Source: Octopus vulgaris
Taxonomy: Eukaryota
NCBI GenBank assembly: GCA_951406725.2
Contig: OX597825.1
Location: forward strand, 60,822,001 to 60,886,000
Reading direction: 5' to 3'
DNA: 64,000 nucleotides
Part shown: piece by piece, positions 12,584 through 23,026 of the stretch
How positions within the stretch are numbered: position 1 is the first letter of the stretch
How the letters are laid out: each line of letters opens with the position of its first letter
The notes under the pieces: generated by a model
What the model saw: only the letters and a program-made list of their open reading frames with translations
Told to the model about the DNA's origin: nothing
Database searches by the model: none
Made by a program: the position numbers and the translations under genes

Positions 12584-14039
12584 TGTTCGGATGGTTGAGT
12601 CTGGGTTTGTACTTTTCAATGAAGAATGTTTCCTTGTTCAGTCTCATTTGTGTTGATGATCCGAAAGCACATTGGTAAAATGGGAAGATTAAAAATTGTG
12701 GCAGTAGTTGCTTTGCGCATTTCTCAATGTGCTCACTAAAAGGTATCATTCTATATTCTGGGAATGCAATCTGTTGTCGATGCAGTGTGCATCTGCGCCT
12801 GAGTGATAGTCCCGTGGAACCCACGTAGTCTTGGTGGCAGCCCGAGCATTTAATAACATAAATTATGTTTTCAGAGGCACAAGTAAAGTTAGATTTGATC
12901 TTAAATTTCTGTCCCTCTTTAAAGAAGAATTCTGATCCTTCCAATAGGTTAGGACATGTTGCACAGTTCGATCTACCACATTTTTTTACTTTTGCATCCG
13001 TAATTTTAGAAGACAATTTTGCCTTTGTGAGAATCTTTTTAAGTGATTTAGGCTGTTTGTAGCTTTTAATGATTTGGTGTATGTTTAGAATTTCCTTTAA
13101 TTTTGGGTTTTTATGAAGTATTGGTAAATTCTGGGTGATGATGGTGAAGGCTTCTTTGTTTCTGGGGTTGTATGTAGATATGTAAGGTAGTATTTTCGGG
13201 GAAGGTGTGTTGTTGTGTTGAACTTTTCTTAAAGTTTCTATGTTGATTTCTGTTGCACGTCTGATCCCATCCTCTATGGGTTGAGCTGGGTAATGTCTGT
13301 CAATTAGGGTGTTTTTGAGTTCTTGCAGTCTAAAGTTCCTGGTATTTTGTTCTGACACTATTGTGCATATCCTTCTTGCAAGGTTGAAGGGGATGTTTGT
13401 TTTAGTGTGTCTTGGGTGGCATGAATTAAAAAGAAGGTATTGTTTGGCGTCTGTGGCTTTGTAAAAAATGTCTGTTTCTATTTTAAGGTTAATTTTTTTA
13501 ATTAGTATATCCAAGAACGGGAGCTCCTTTTGGTTGTATTCCATTGTGAACTGTATATTTGGGTTTATGCTGTTCAATAGGTTTTTAAATTTTAGGAGTT
13601 TATCTATGTTTTCATTCCAGAGAATGAAACAATCGTCTAGGAATCGTTTCCAATTCTCTTTTATGTATTGAGAGAGGGAGTTTCCAAAGATTGATAGAGA
13701 TTCCTGGTAAATGATTATTTCCATGTATCCCATTGTTAAGTTCGCAATGACTGGTGCTGCCCTTGTACCCATAGCAATTCCGGATTTTTGACGGTAAAAT
13801 GTATTGTCAAACATGAAGTGGTTATTGTGTAGGATGAATTCAATTGATTTAGTAATGAATTCCTTACTGATCCTTTTTGGTATTTCTTCCGGAAATTGGT
13901 CTAACCAGAATTGTATTGCCTCCAGTCCATAATTATGAGGTATACTGGTATACAAGTTGACTACATCAAATGAAACCAGGATTGTTTCTTCCTTGGTTTT
14001 TTTTAAACCACCTTCCCAAAAAAATTTTTTTACTGACAC
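12564..14039 (-). CDS. Penelope-like reverse transcriptase plus GIY-YIG endonuclease (N-terminally truncated)
   Basis: RT motifs LVSFDVVNLYTSIP, GIAMGTRAAPVIANLTM, WKRFLDDCF, LPFLD, DIFYKATD..QYLLFNSCHP; Cys linker CGRSNCATC (Neptune-like); GIY-YIG NIIYVIKCSGCHQDYVGSTG..LRRRCTLH. The first ~14 aa come from the inversion junction. Confidence 0.95.
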   Translation of the reverse strand: MSVKKFFWEGGLKKTKEETILVSFDVVNLYTSIPHNYGLEAIQFWLDQFPEEIPKRISKEFITKSIEFILHNNHFMFDNTFYRQKSGIAMGTRAAPVIANLTMGYMEIIIYQESLSIFGNSLSQYIKENWKRFLDDCFILWNENIDKLLKFKNLLNSINPNIQFTMEYNQKELPFLDILIKKINLKIETDIFYKATDAKQYLLFNSCHPRHTKTNIPFNLARRICTIVSEQNTRNFRLQELKNTLIDRHYPAQPIEDGIRRATEINIETLRKVQHNNTPSPKILPYISTYNPRNKEAFTIITQNLPILHKNPKLKEILNIHQIIKSYKQPKSLKKILTKAKLSSKITDAKVKKCGRSNCATCPNLLEGSEFFFKEGQKFKIKSNFTCASENIIYVIKCSGCHQDYVGSTGLSLRRRCTLHRQQIAFPEYRMIPFSEHIEKCAKQLLPQFLIFPFYQCAFGSSTQMRLNKETFFIEKYKPRLNHPNILTQRN

Positions 14040-14361
14040 AGAGAAATTAACAAGGAAATGGGAAAAAAATTTTTTAAGCGATTATCTCCCCTACACCGGA
14101 AAAAATCACTCACTACCTCCCCTTATTTAGAAATCTCCTGGAAATAAAAACAACGATAATTCCATGCAATATAAACATAACGTCACAAGAAATTTGAAAA
14201 GCTACACGCGAAACCGGTAATTTCTTTAAAAATTTTAAAATTATGTCATTTTAAGGAAAGGAAAAAAAATTTTTCCAATATTCTCCAGACATTTTGACAC
14301 AAATATATATATTTTTTAACATTTAAGCCTTCTGTCGTTTTTTCACACTTTACTATTTTCT

Positions 14362-14368
<7 letters not shown>
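14031..14368 (+). repeat. Inverted 5' pseudo-LTR copy
   Basis: TACTGACACAGAGAAATTAA...CTATTTTCTTATATAT, the inverted duplicate of 12245-12583. Confidence 0.95.
14187..14226 (+). ncRNA. Minimal type I hammerhead ribozyme, U3-A8 core variant (second copy)
   Basis: Identical to 12388-12427; predicted cleavage after A14219 (GUA). Confidence 0.82.
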
Positions 14369-14393
<25 letters not shown>

Positions 14394-15329
14394 TATATGT
14401 ATGTATGTATGTATGTATATATATATATATATACATATGTCAGCACGGGAAATGTGTACAACAAAAAATTACGAAGTACGAGTACATAGACTATGAACTA
14501 TTTTTTCGAATAACGAAAGACCCAAATGGAAAACAAGACAAACAATACAAAGAACGACCCTTCATCAGTTGTTGGCTGTTTTACCACTCTCGTATTTCGA
14601 GTATTTAACAACAATACACGCTTTCGATAAAACAGTTGCTCCCGCAAAGCAAATTTTTTTAAAAATTGGGATTATGTGAAGGGTCAAAGATGGTAACACA
14701 AACAGGACAGTGAAAACAAACAGGAAGGGCTGCTAAGCCTAAACGAAGTTGTGGTGTCAAACGCGTAAATCAAGCTAGGACAGGAGACAGACAAGAACAC
14801 GTCTTCCTTGATCCAGCTAAAATGGAGAAAAAGAAACACAAGTTAGAAGAAAGATGGCCAATCGTCACGTGGGAGCCACGTGAGCAAGGAAGGAAGAGTG
14901 AAGGAGAGAGAGTGACAGACAGAGAACTGTGAAAGGGAGAGGAAAAAATTGGTGATAGGATAAGTGAGAAAAATACAAGAGAGGAGGGGATAGAAGAATA
15001 AGAACGAAAGAGTAATAGGATAGAATAATGGGAGAAGAGGAGGTAAAAAAATAAGAGACAGAAAGAGAGAAAAACGAAAGAGTAAAAAGATAGCAGAGTT
15101 CGCATCAGAATTGCAGAATAACTGGGCATTATATGTAGACCGATATGTTTATAAGTCTAGACAATCTTTGAAACGAAAGCGTCTATTCTTCAGATTGGGT
15201 GTGACTGGTTATACATTTGACGCATTTCATAAAACGTAGTGTCTTATATTTACCTAAGAAAACAAATTTTGGCATTTCGGTTTCTTGCATGAAGCATAAC
15301 TTTAAAGAATGTTTTTAACAAACAAAATA

Positions 15330-15546
15330 TTCTTATCTACTCTGGGCACAAGGTTCAAACTTTTGGCGGGAGGGGACCAGTCGATTCGATAGACCCTAGT
15401 GCGCAACTGGTACTTAATTTATCAACCCCAAAAGCATGGACGGCAAAGTTAACCTCGGCGGAATTTGAACTCAGATCGTAAAGAGAGTCGAAATATCGCT
15501 TAACATTTCGTCCGGTGTGCTAATGTTTCTGCCAGCTCGCCGCCTT
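15330..15546 (-). mobile_element. SINE family B
   Basis: Minus strand GGCGGCGAGCTGGCAGAAAC...CTGAGTTCAAATTCCGCCGAGGTT..CTTTGCC...GATAAATTAAGTACCAG, shared with many copies. Confidence 0.85.
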
Positions 15547-17070
15547 AATTAACAAATAAAATATTACAAGCTGTAATGGAGTGGTGTGTGCTTAAAGAAG
15601 AGACACAAAACTCCATTCTTCCTTAATTTCAAAGAATTTCTGTAGTAAAATAATTTGAAAAAAAAATAGTACTCTAAATTAAGCAAAATATTTACATAGG
15701 AGGGATATTAAAAGGTAAGAATGCAATTCATCTGCACATTAACATGTAATGCGAGCAAATTCCTATTATATCTTGTGAAATTCGTTTTGTTATACTAAAG
15801 TGTCTTTTGTTATATACTTTTGTAATAGTAAAGTGTCTCGATCTAAATATCTCGATTTAACGACGAAACATTGAATACCACCATTTGTATGACATCGTGT
15901 TTCTTAAGGATGTTCGAATTCTACCCAAAGTTGAGGAGCTACTTGCTTTTGCGTGGACATTTCCAAAGATGGTCAGCAGAGGTTGCATTAGTTTCAGACA
16001 TATCACAGAAATATCCAGTTTATAAAGCAATTTCAAGATAGTGATGTGTCACTAGAATTTCTTCAAAAATATTTTGTCAGTAATGGACTGATTTACAATA
16101 GATTCTTAATAAAATATCATATACATTATGTTATTTTATAGTGTTTACATTGCATTCATATATATATAGCCATGAGAGAAACTTTTTGTATTTAAACAAC
16201 TTACCTTTAATTTTGTTTATACCCCCTTTTTGCTCATATCCCTCTTGCTCTATCGTAAATTTGGCTGTAATGTACATTCATCATAATCTAATGAGTTTAA
16301 TAATTTAAAGTAATTTTCTATAATATCAGTCAATTTCGGTGCAATTTTATCATCACTTAAATCATAATTCTAAAAATTATTCATATATGTTGCATTCAGT
16401 TACATAGCAGATGATAATAATCAAAAACTGCATACATTACACTCTAGCATTTTACGTCTGCTTGTACTGAAATAAATGGTGTACTTTCAACTTCAGTTTG
16501 AATTATATTAACAATTACTCTATTATTTGCAAGTACAATAGAGTATTGAATTTTACTTGAATTTCACGAAAAATGCTTCCATTCTTCTTTGGAAGAAATT
16601 CTAGATACAACATTTTCTATTTCAGCAATATAATTCAATAATCTTTTTATAATTACCTTTCCCTCGTATCCACGCAATGGCAGATTTGCTCGCTAGCATA
16701 AAAGAAACGGTTATGAACCATCTTGAATATGATCTATTTTCTTCGACTAATTTGTTACGCTGTTCTTTTCCAGGGTTTCCAGTCTCACTACTACATATTA
16801 CTATGTAAGATACAGCGAAAATATTTTAAACCTTTCTATTTAAGTGGCTGATAAGCATAAGAATAATGTTTGCAATCACTCAGAAAATGTTTATACATAT
16901 TATAACCTCACTCGGTCACTAATTAATCCGATTTCAACTACAAAAAGCAAAACAAAACCAAAATAAACGAAACAAAACAGAAGGAAACACCCATGGCCAA
17001 CAATAAACTTTTTTACATAATTTACATTATTTACAATTGACGGATATTTGTCCCCATCTTGTTTGTTGTT

Positions 17071-17116
17071 AACACAACGTTTCGACTGATATACCCGCCA
17101 GGATTCATCAGGTGTC
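17071..17116 (-). ncRNA. Type I hammerhead ribozyme (left arm)
   Basis: GACAC-CTGATGA-ATCCTGG-CGGGTATA-TCAGTC-GAAA-CG-TT-GTGTT; stem II partly mutated. Confidence 0.7.
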
Positions 17117-17151
17117 TTGGGAAAATTTTGAACCTGGATTCTCATTCCTAA

Positions 17152-17197
17152 GACACCTGATGAAGGCTGGAGGGTGTATCAATCGAAACGTTGTGTT
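17152..17197 (+). ncRNA. Type I hammerhead ribozyme (right arm)
   Basis: GACAC-CTGATGA-A-GGCTGG-AGGGTGTA-TCAATC-GAAA-CG-TT-GTGTT; palindromic AACGTT stem III, GUU site. Confidence 0.72.
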
Positions 17198-17519
17198 AAT
17201 AACAAACAAGATGAGGACAAGTATCCGTCAATTATAAATAATGTAAATAATGTACATAATTCCTCATTTCTTAAATATAGAACCTTATAAACTTTTTTGC
17301 CGATGCATATGTGCATAACAATAATTTTATTCGTACCATCTGATTGAAACATAAGATTTTGGTGGGACGTTTTATTGCAAGTTATGGATGATTCAATTAT
17401 GGCTACATTGCTTCCAGGCTTAGTTTACGGTATTTTCGCGCCCGACATCACAAAATGCGTCTGAATAAACATTGCCGGACAGCAAATAGAGACTCGAACA
17501 TTGCTTAGAAAATAATTTT

Positions 17520-17609
17520 CATTTTTAACCTCGTATATAGTACGCACTAGGGATTTTGACCTTTAAATTTTGGGAAAAAAATGCGGATTATACTCGAGGA
17601 TTTACGGTA
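17520..17609. mobile_element. pogo/Tc2-like DNA transposon terminal fragment
   Basis: Ends TGCGGATTATACTCGAGGATTTACGG-TA, the CCGTA-type TIR plus TA TSD pattern; no partner TIR seen. Confidence 0.5.
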
Positions 17610-18639
17610 GTCAAAAGTGTATGCGGTTATATCATAAACTAAATCAAGTATAACATTGTGGGTATACAAGGTTGGTTTAAAATCCGCTACAAGCTATGGT
17701 TTGGAAGGGGATGTTCGAGGTGCGAGGACAAGATCATTAAAATTTTCTTTAGTATTTCAACGAATCAATTATTTGTGGGAGATCGACTATAAGAAACGAT
17801 GAATTTTAACCAAGTGTTATTCAAACTTGCTGGAAATAGACTAAATTGGCGATGTTATTTCTTTATTCAAAATTAATAAAAAGAATAAATAAATTAAAAG
17901 CAAAAGAAACTTGTTAAAAAGTTGTTTTTTCTTTTTATTTCTTGTAACTGATGAAGAATGGCTAATATTGGCAACGTTAATCTTCTGAATGACTCAAAAT
18001 TTACTTCACACGAGCAGACCCAACAATTTTCTTCTCGTCCGTTTCCTTCCGTTTTCAACAGACTTCCTGTTTGTGACATCACGGCCTTTGATAAAATAGC
18101 ATGCAACTTTTCAGATGTTTTTGCTTACGTTAAGCTTCTAATTCTCAATACCATCGTGGTTGAGATGATCTTGTCCATGTTTTTGTTGTTAGCTACAGCA
18201 GTTGTTGTTAATGTTGTTGTTTTATTGTTGTTGCCGTTGTTGTTGTTGTTGTGGTGGTGGTGGTGATAGAGTTGAGGTAATGGTAGGGGTTAGTAGCATC
18301 AGTATTTAGTGTGTTAGTAGTTTTCTATTCTGGTAGTGTCGATATTTGTGCTAGGAGCGGAATTGATGTTGTTCGAGACGGTGTTGGTGACAGTGGCCGA
18401 ACAGGAATGGGTTGGCGGTCATTACTAAAAGAGCGTTGGCGATGGTGCTAATACACGAGTGGGTTAATAAATGATGTTTACGAAGTTGTTGGTGATAGCA
18501 GCATATACTGGTGGGTTGGTGGTCATGGTGATGGTAGTATTGGTGATGCAGCGTATTAATATAGGAACGTTGGCATTAGTAGAGAATTAATGGCGTCAAT
18601 GAAAAAACATGTTGATGGTGAAGATTGTATGATCACAGT

Positions 18640-19680
18640 TTTCATAGTAGTAGTAGTGGTGTTGGTAAGTATTTTGGAATGGGTGTACTTAAGGGTCATT
18701 AGAATGGCAGTTGTGCCATTGTTGGAGGCTTGCTTGTCATTGTGATAGCGTTTCATGTAGTGAGTATCTTGTAGGAATACTTATTGGTCATTAGGATAGA
18801 AGTTACCAAGTCATAGAGAAACTTGATGGTCGTTGTGACAGATCTTCCAGTAATGAGTATCATGTTGCACAAATACTTAATGGGTACTTGTGGTTGAGGT
18901 CGTGCTAGAGAGTATCAAATTATTAGAGTACGTAATTGATATTGTGATAGTGATCGTGAGGAGTATCAAGCTATAAGAGTACTTTATGTTATTTGTGATG
19001 AGGCTTGTGGTAGAATGCTTTTTATAAGAGTACTTAGGGATTATTGTGTGATGCAGAGTATCATCTTATTGGTGATCATCGAGATTGTGATCATGGTAAG
19101 GAGTATCATATTTATTGACACATTTAACAGTTATCGACGTACTGCCTAGTGGTTGTTCGTGGTAAGTATAATGTTAGTGGAGTATAACATGCTCATCATC
19201 GTTTGGTAATGGTAGCGAGTACGATATAATTGGAGTACGGTGAGGGCGCGTGGCTTAGTGGTTAGGGCATTCGGCTCATGATCGTAAGGTTGTGAGTTCG
19301 ATTCCCGGCGACGCGTTGTGTCCTTGAGCAAGACACTTTATTTCACGTTACTCCAGTCCACTCAGCTGGCAAAAATGAGTTGTACTTGTATTTCAAAGGG
19401 TCAGCCTTGTCACTCTCTGTGTCACGCTGATTATCCCCGAGAACTACGTTAAGGGTACACGTGTCATGCTCAGCCATTTGCACGTTAATTTCACGAGCAA
19501 GCTGTTCCGTTGATCGTATCAGCTGGGACCCTCGTCGTCGTAACCGGCGGAGTCTTATTAATTGGAGTACATGTTGATTATCGTGAGAGGGGGGGGAGGT
19601 GAGAATAATTCTTGTGGTGTACTTCATGTTCCTTGTAGTGCTATTGTGTTGGGGATGAATATCATGTCAGAGGAGTATTT
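18640..19680. repeat. Degenerate ~51-bp minisatellite interrupted by a SINE
   Basis: Recurrent GAGTATCA...AGAGTACT...TTGTG motifs (e.g. GAGTATCA at 18910 and 18961), continuing after 19570. Confidence 0.55.
19239..19558 (+). mobile_element. tRNA-derived SINE family C, full length, 12-bp TSD
   Basis: GGCGCGTGGCTTAGTGGTTAGGG (A box) and GAGTTCGATTCCC (B box); TSD TAATTGGAGTAC at 19227-19238 and 19559-19570. Confidence 0.92.
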
Positions 19681-19724
19681 CAATGCCACCTTCGGGGCTC
19701 ACAGAACTATGAAGAGAGGACGGC

Positions 19725-19782
<58 letters not shown>

Positions 19783-20100
19783 ACAGCAGCAGTAGTTGTT
19801 GTTGTTGTTGTTGTTGTATTTATTGTTGCTGTTTCGACCACCAGGTCAGCCACGCTCGAGTAAAAGTATGTGCAAGGACGTTCCAGCAATAACAATTTCA
19901 ATTTTTATTCAGACTCTGTATCTGGGATTATCTTATCCAATGGCCCTCATTCCTTTCTGAAGAAAGTAGAGTGTGTGTTGTGAGAGATTTTGTTGTTATT
20001 TCTAGCAGCTGTGGCACACAAACGAAGGCCTCCTCTTGTGATTGTTTACTCGGGCAGCCATTTGTAAGGTTATAAACTATGTCACTATCTGCATCAAATA

Positions 20101-20850
20101 AGGCGGTGAGCGAGAAAATGATTAATGGTATTTCGTCTGCCGCTACGTTCTGAGTTCAAATTCCGCCGAGGTCGACTTTGCCTTTCATCCTTTCGGGGTC
20201 GATTAAATAAGTACCAGTTACGCACTGGGATCGATATAATCGACTTAATCCGTTTGTCTGTCCTTGTTTGTCCTCTCTGTGTTTAGCCCCTAATGGGTAG
20301 TAAAGAAATAGGTATTTCATCTGCCGTTATGTTCTAAGTTCAAATTCCGCCGAGGTCGTCGACTTTGCCTTTCATCCTTTCGGGGTCGATTAAATAAGTA
20401 CCAGTTACGCACTAGGATCGATTTAATCGGCTTAATCCGTTTGTCTGTCCTTGCCTGTCCTCTCTATGTTTAGCCCCTTGTGGGTAGCAAAGAAATAGGT
20501 ATTTTCTCCGTCTTTACATTCTGAGTTCAAATTCTGCCGATGTCAGCTTTGCTTTTTATCCTTTTGCGATCGATAAAATTAAAGTACCAGTTGAGTACTG
20601 GGGTCGATGTAATCGACTTAATCCGTTTGTCTGTCCTTGCCTGTCCTCTCTATGTTTAGCCCCTTGTGGGTAGCAAAGAAATAGGTATTTTCTCCGTCTT
20701 TACATTCTGAGTTCAAATTCCGCCGATGTCAGCTTTGCTTTTTATCCTTTTGCGATCGATAAAATTAAAGTACCAGTTGAGTACTGGGGCCGATGTAATC
20801 GACTTAGGCCCTACTACGAACTTGCTGGCATTGCATCAAAATTTGAAACC
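20101..20850 (+). mobile_element. SINE family B with four tandem ~185-bp units
   Basis: Unit starts GGTATTT at about 20127, 20311, 20498 and 20684. Confidence 0.88.
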
Positions 20851-20904
20851 AATATTTCCATCAACGATATTGCTGCTGCTGGTGTTGTTGCTTCTATTGC
20901 AGTT

Positions 20905-21260
20905 GTTCAGTCCAAATACGTGGCACCTTGGGCAAGTATTTCTACTATAGCCTCGGGCCGACCAAAGCCTTGTGAGTGGATTTGGTAGACGGAAACTGAA
21001 AGAAGCCCGTCGTATATATGCATATGTATATGTATGTGTGTGTGTATATGTTTGTGTGTCTGTCTTTGTTCTCCCAACATCGCTTGACAACCGATGCTGG
21101 TGTGTTTACGTCCCCGTAACTTAGCGGTTCGGCAAAACAGACCGAAAGAATAAGTACTAGGTTTACAAAGAATAAGTCCTGGGGTCGATTTGCTCGACTA
21201 AAGGCGGTGCTCCAGCATGGCCACCGTCAAATGACTGAAACAAGTAAAAGAGTAAAAGTG
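20905..21260 (+). mobile_element. SINE family A, 5'-truncated
   Basis: Standard body ending in an (AGTAAAAG)n tail. Confidence 0.88.
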
Positions 21261-21727
21261 AGTATGCTCCTTGTGGTTGACGTTGTTACCGTTGCGTATT
21301 GTATGTTATGTTTGTTCCTCTTGTTCTTGTTGTTACTGCTGCTTCTATAGCTGTTTGTCATGTTATTGTTGTTTTTTCTATTGTTTATATTTTTGTTGTT
21401 GGTAGTGGTATTGATGTGACAATAGCTTGGTGGTTGTTGGTGGTGATGTTGTTAGTATTAACGGTCTTTGAGAGTTGTTACTCCTTCTCCTTCCGTCGTT
21501 GTTCTTCCTACTGTTTCTGCTGCTGTTGCTGATGGTAGAGGTAGCAGTGTATCTGTTTCTATTATTATTGCTGGTGTTTGTCCTGCTGATGGCGATGCTA
21601 TTAATGGTTATGGCGTTAATGGCGGTGGTTTTAATGGTAATGGTGCAGGTGAGGTTGTTTTCATTTTTGTTCCTGTTGCTGCAAGTAGTGTCAGAGGGTT
21701 GTGGTGCTGGCAGTGGTGATGGTGATA

Positions 21728-22075
21728 TTCTTCTTCTTCTTCTTCTTCTTCTTCTTCTTCTTCTTCTTCTTCTTCTTCTTCTTCTTCTTCTTCTTCTTCT
21801 TCTTCTTCTTCTTCTTCTTCTTCTCCTTCCTCTTTTTCTTGGTCTTCCTCTTCTTCTCCTTCTTCTTCTTCTTCTTCTTCTCCTTCTTCTTCTTCTTCTT
21901 CTTCTTCTTCTTCTTCTCCTTCCTCTCCTTCTTGGTCTTCTTCTTCTTCTTCTTCATCATCATCATCTTCTTCTCATTCTCATTATTATTGTTATTATTA
22001 TTATTATCATTATTATTATTATTATTATTGTTGTTGTTGTTGTTGTCATCGATGTTTGTCGTTGTTGTTGTTGCT
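21728..22075. repeat. (CTT)n, (ATT)n and (GTT)n microsatellites
   Basis: Visible directly. Confidence 0.96.
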
Positions 22076-23026
22076 GATTGTGTGGGTTGTTGATGTTGTT
22101 ATTGGGAATATTGGTATTGGTGAGTATGCTTGTGGTGTTACGGTTTTACAGGAAATTTAGTTTCCGATCAAAATAAAATCCATTCCAAATTGGTTTTTGG
22201 TTTTTCGTCTCATTTCTTAAGTTCTCCATTCTATCGGTTCTCTCTTTCTTTCCCCACCTCTCTTCTTCTCCGTCTTTCACTTTCTGTTTCAAATTTCGTA
22301 CGTCCGTCTGTCTGTTTGTCTCTACTCTCTGCCTCTGCCTATGTGTCTCTGTTCCCATTAATACACAGCGTAATGGTCAACAATACAAATTAATGTTCCT
22401 AGAAGATCAAGGGACATTTCAGTAACTGTTTGGAATGACATATACTTATATACACTGTCTTCAGTAATAACAAGCCTAAACCTTTTTTTCCAATTTCTTG
22501 CCTTTAATAATGTTCTTCATTCTTCCTTTTAAAGGAAAACAACAAAAAGAAACAAACAGAACATGAAATAAAAAATGAAACTTGCTTTCACGACAGGGTT
22601 TATGAGAAGGGCGGGAAGGAAGAACATCGTACATGGATACTGGGATATCCTGAAATCTCTGGAAATAATGAAGAGTGGAATTCACAGAAACAAAGATTCT
22701 CCATCAAGAAACATTGTACCTCTTGAGAAAATTCCATTCACAGGTTTTTAGTAGTTTGCTGTGATTCTGTAGGACTACACACACATCATTAGTTACACTT
22801 CTTGTTGCTTTCAAGGCAATGCATATAGCAAAAACTTTTGAACGTAAGGAAAACTGTTTTGTAGTATTTGTTCCTTCTCATTACATCTGAGATCAAATCC
22901 TGCCTCGGTTATTATCACCTTTCATCTTTCCGATAAAGTAAAGCACTAGTGAAGCACTGCAATCGATTTAATTGACTGCTCTTTCCTTTCAAATTTTAGG
23001 CTGGGTGCCTATGTTAGAAACAATTA

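Larger units (their letters stand above)
12205..14368 (-). mobile_element. Penelope-like retroelement (Neptune type), 5'-truncated with inverted pseudo-LTRs, inserted in (TA)n
   Basis: RT plus GIY-YIG ORF flanked by near-identical ~340-bp inverted repeats (12245-12583 / 14031-14368), a ~40-bp extension beyond the left pLTR, and (TA)n on both sides. Confidence 0.95.
17015..17286. mobile_element. Palindromic non-autonomous element made of two inverted hammerhead-bearing arms, with a 12-bp TSD
   Basis: Inverted arms at about 17015-17122 and 17146-17254; flanking direct repeat ATAAACTTTTTT at 17003-17014 and 17287-17298. Confidence 0.85.

Noticed and set aside
13995-14039. Start codon and N-terminus MSVKKFFWEGGLKK of the 491-aa ORF
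   Set aside because: Derived from the inverted pLTR and junction filler; the N-terminal RT motifs are missing, so this copy is not autonomous.
19239-19315. tRNA genes at SINE heads (also 43340-43410 and 53035-53105)
   Set aside because: A and B boxes are present, but the sequences continue into shared SINE bodies with TSDs and lack a complete cloverleaf.
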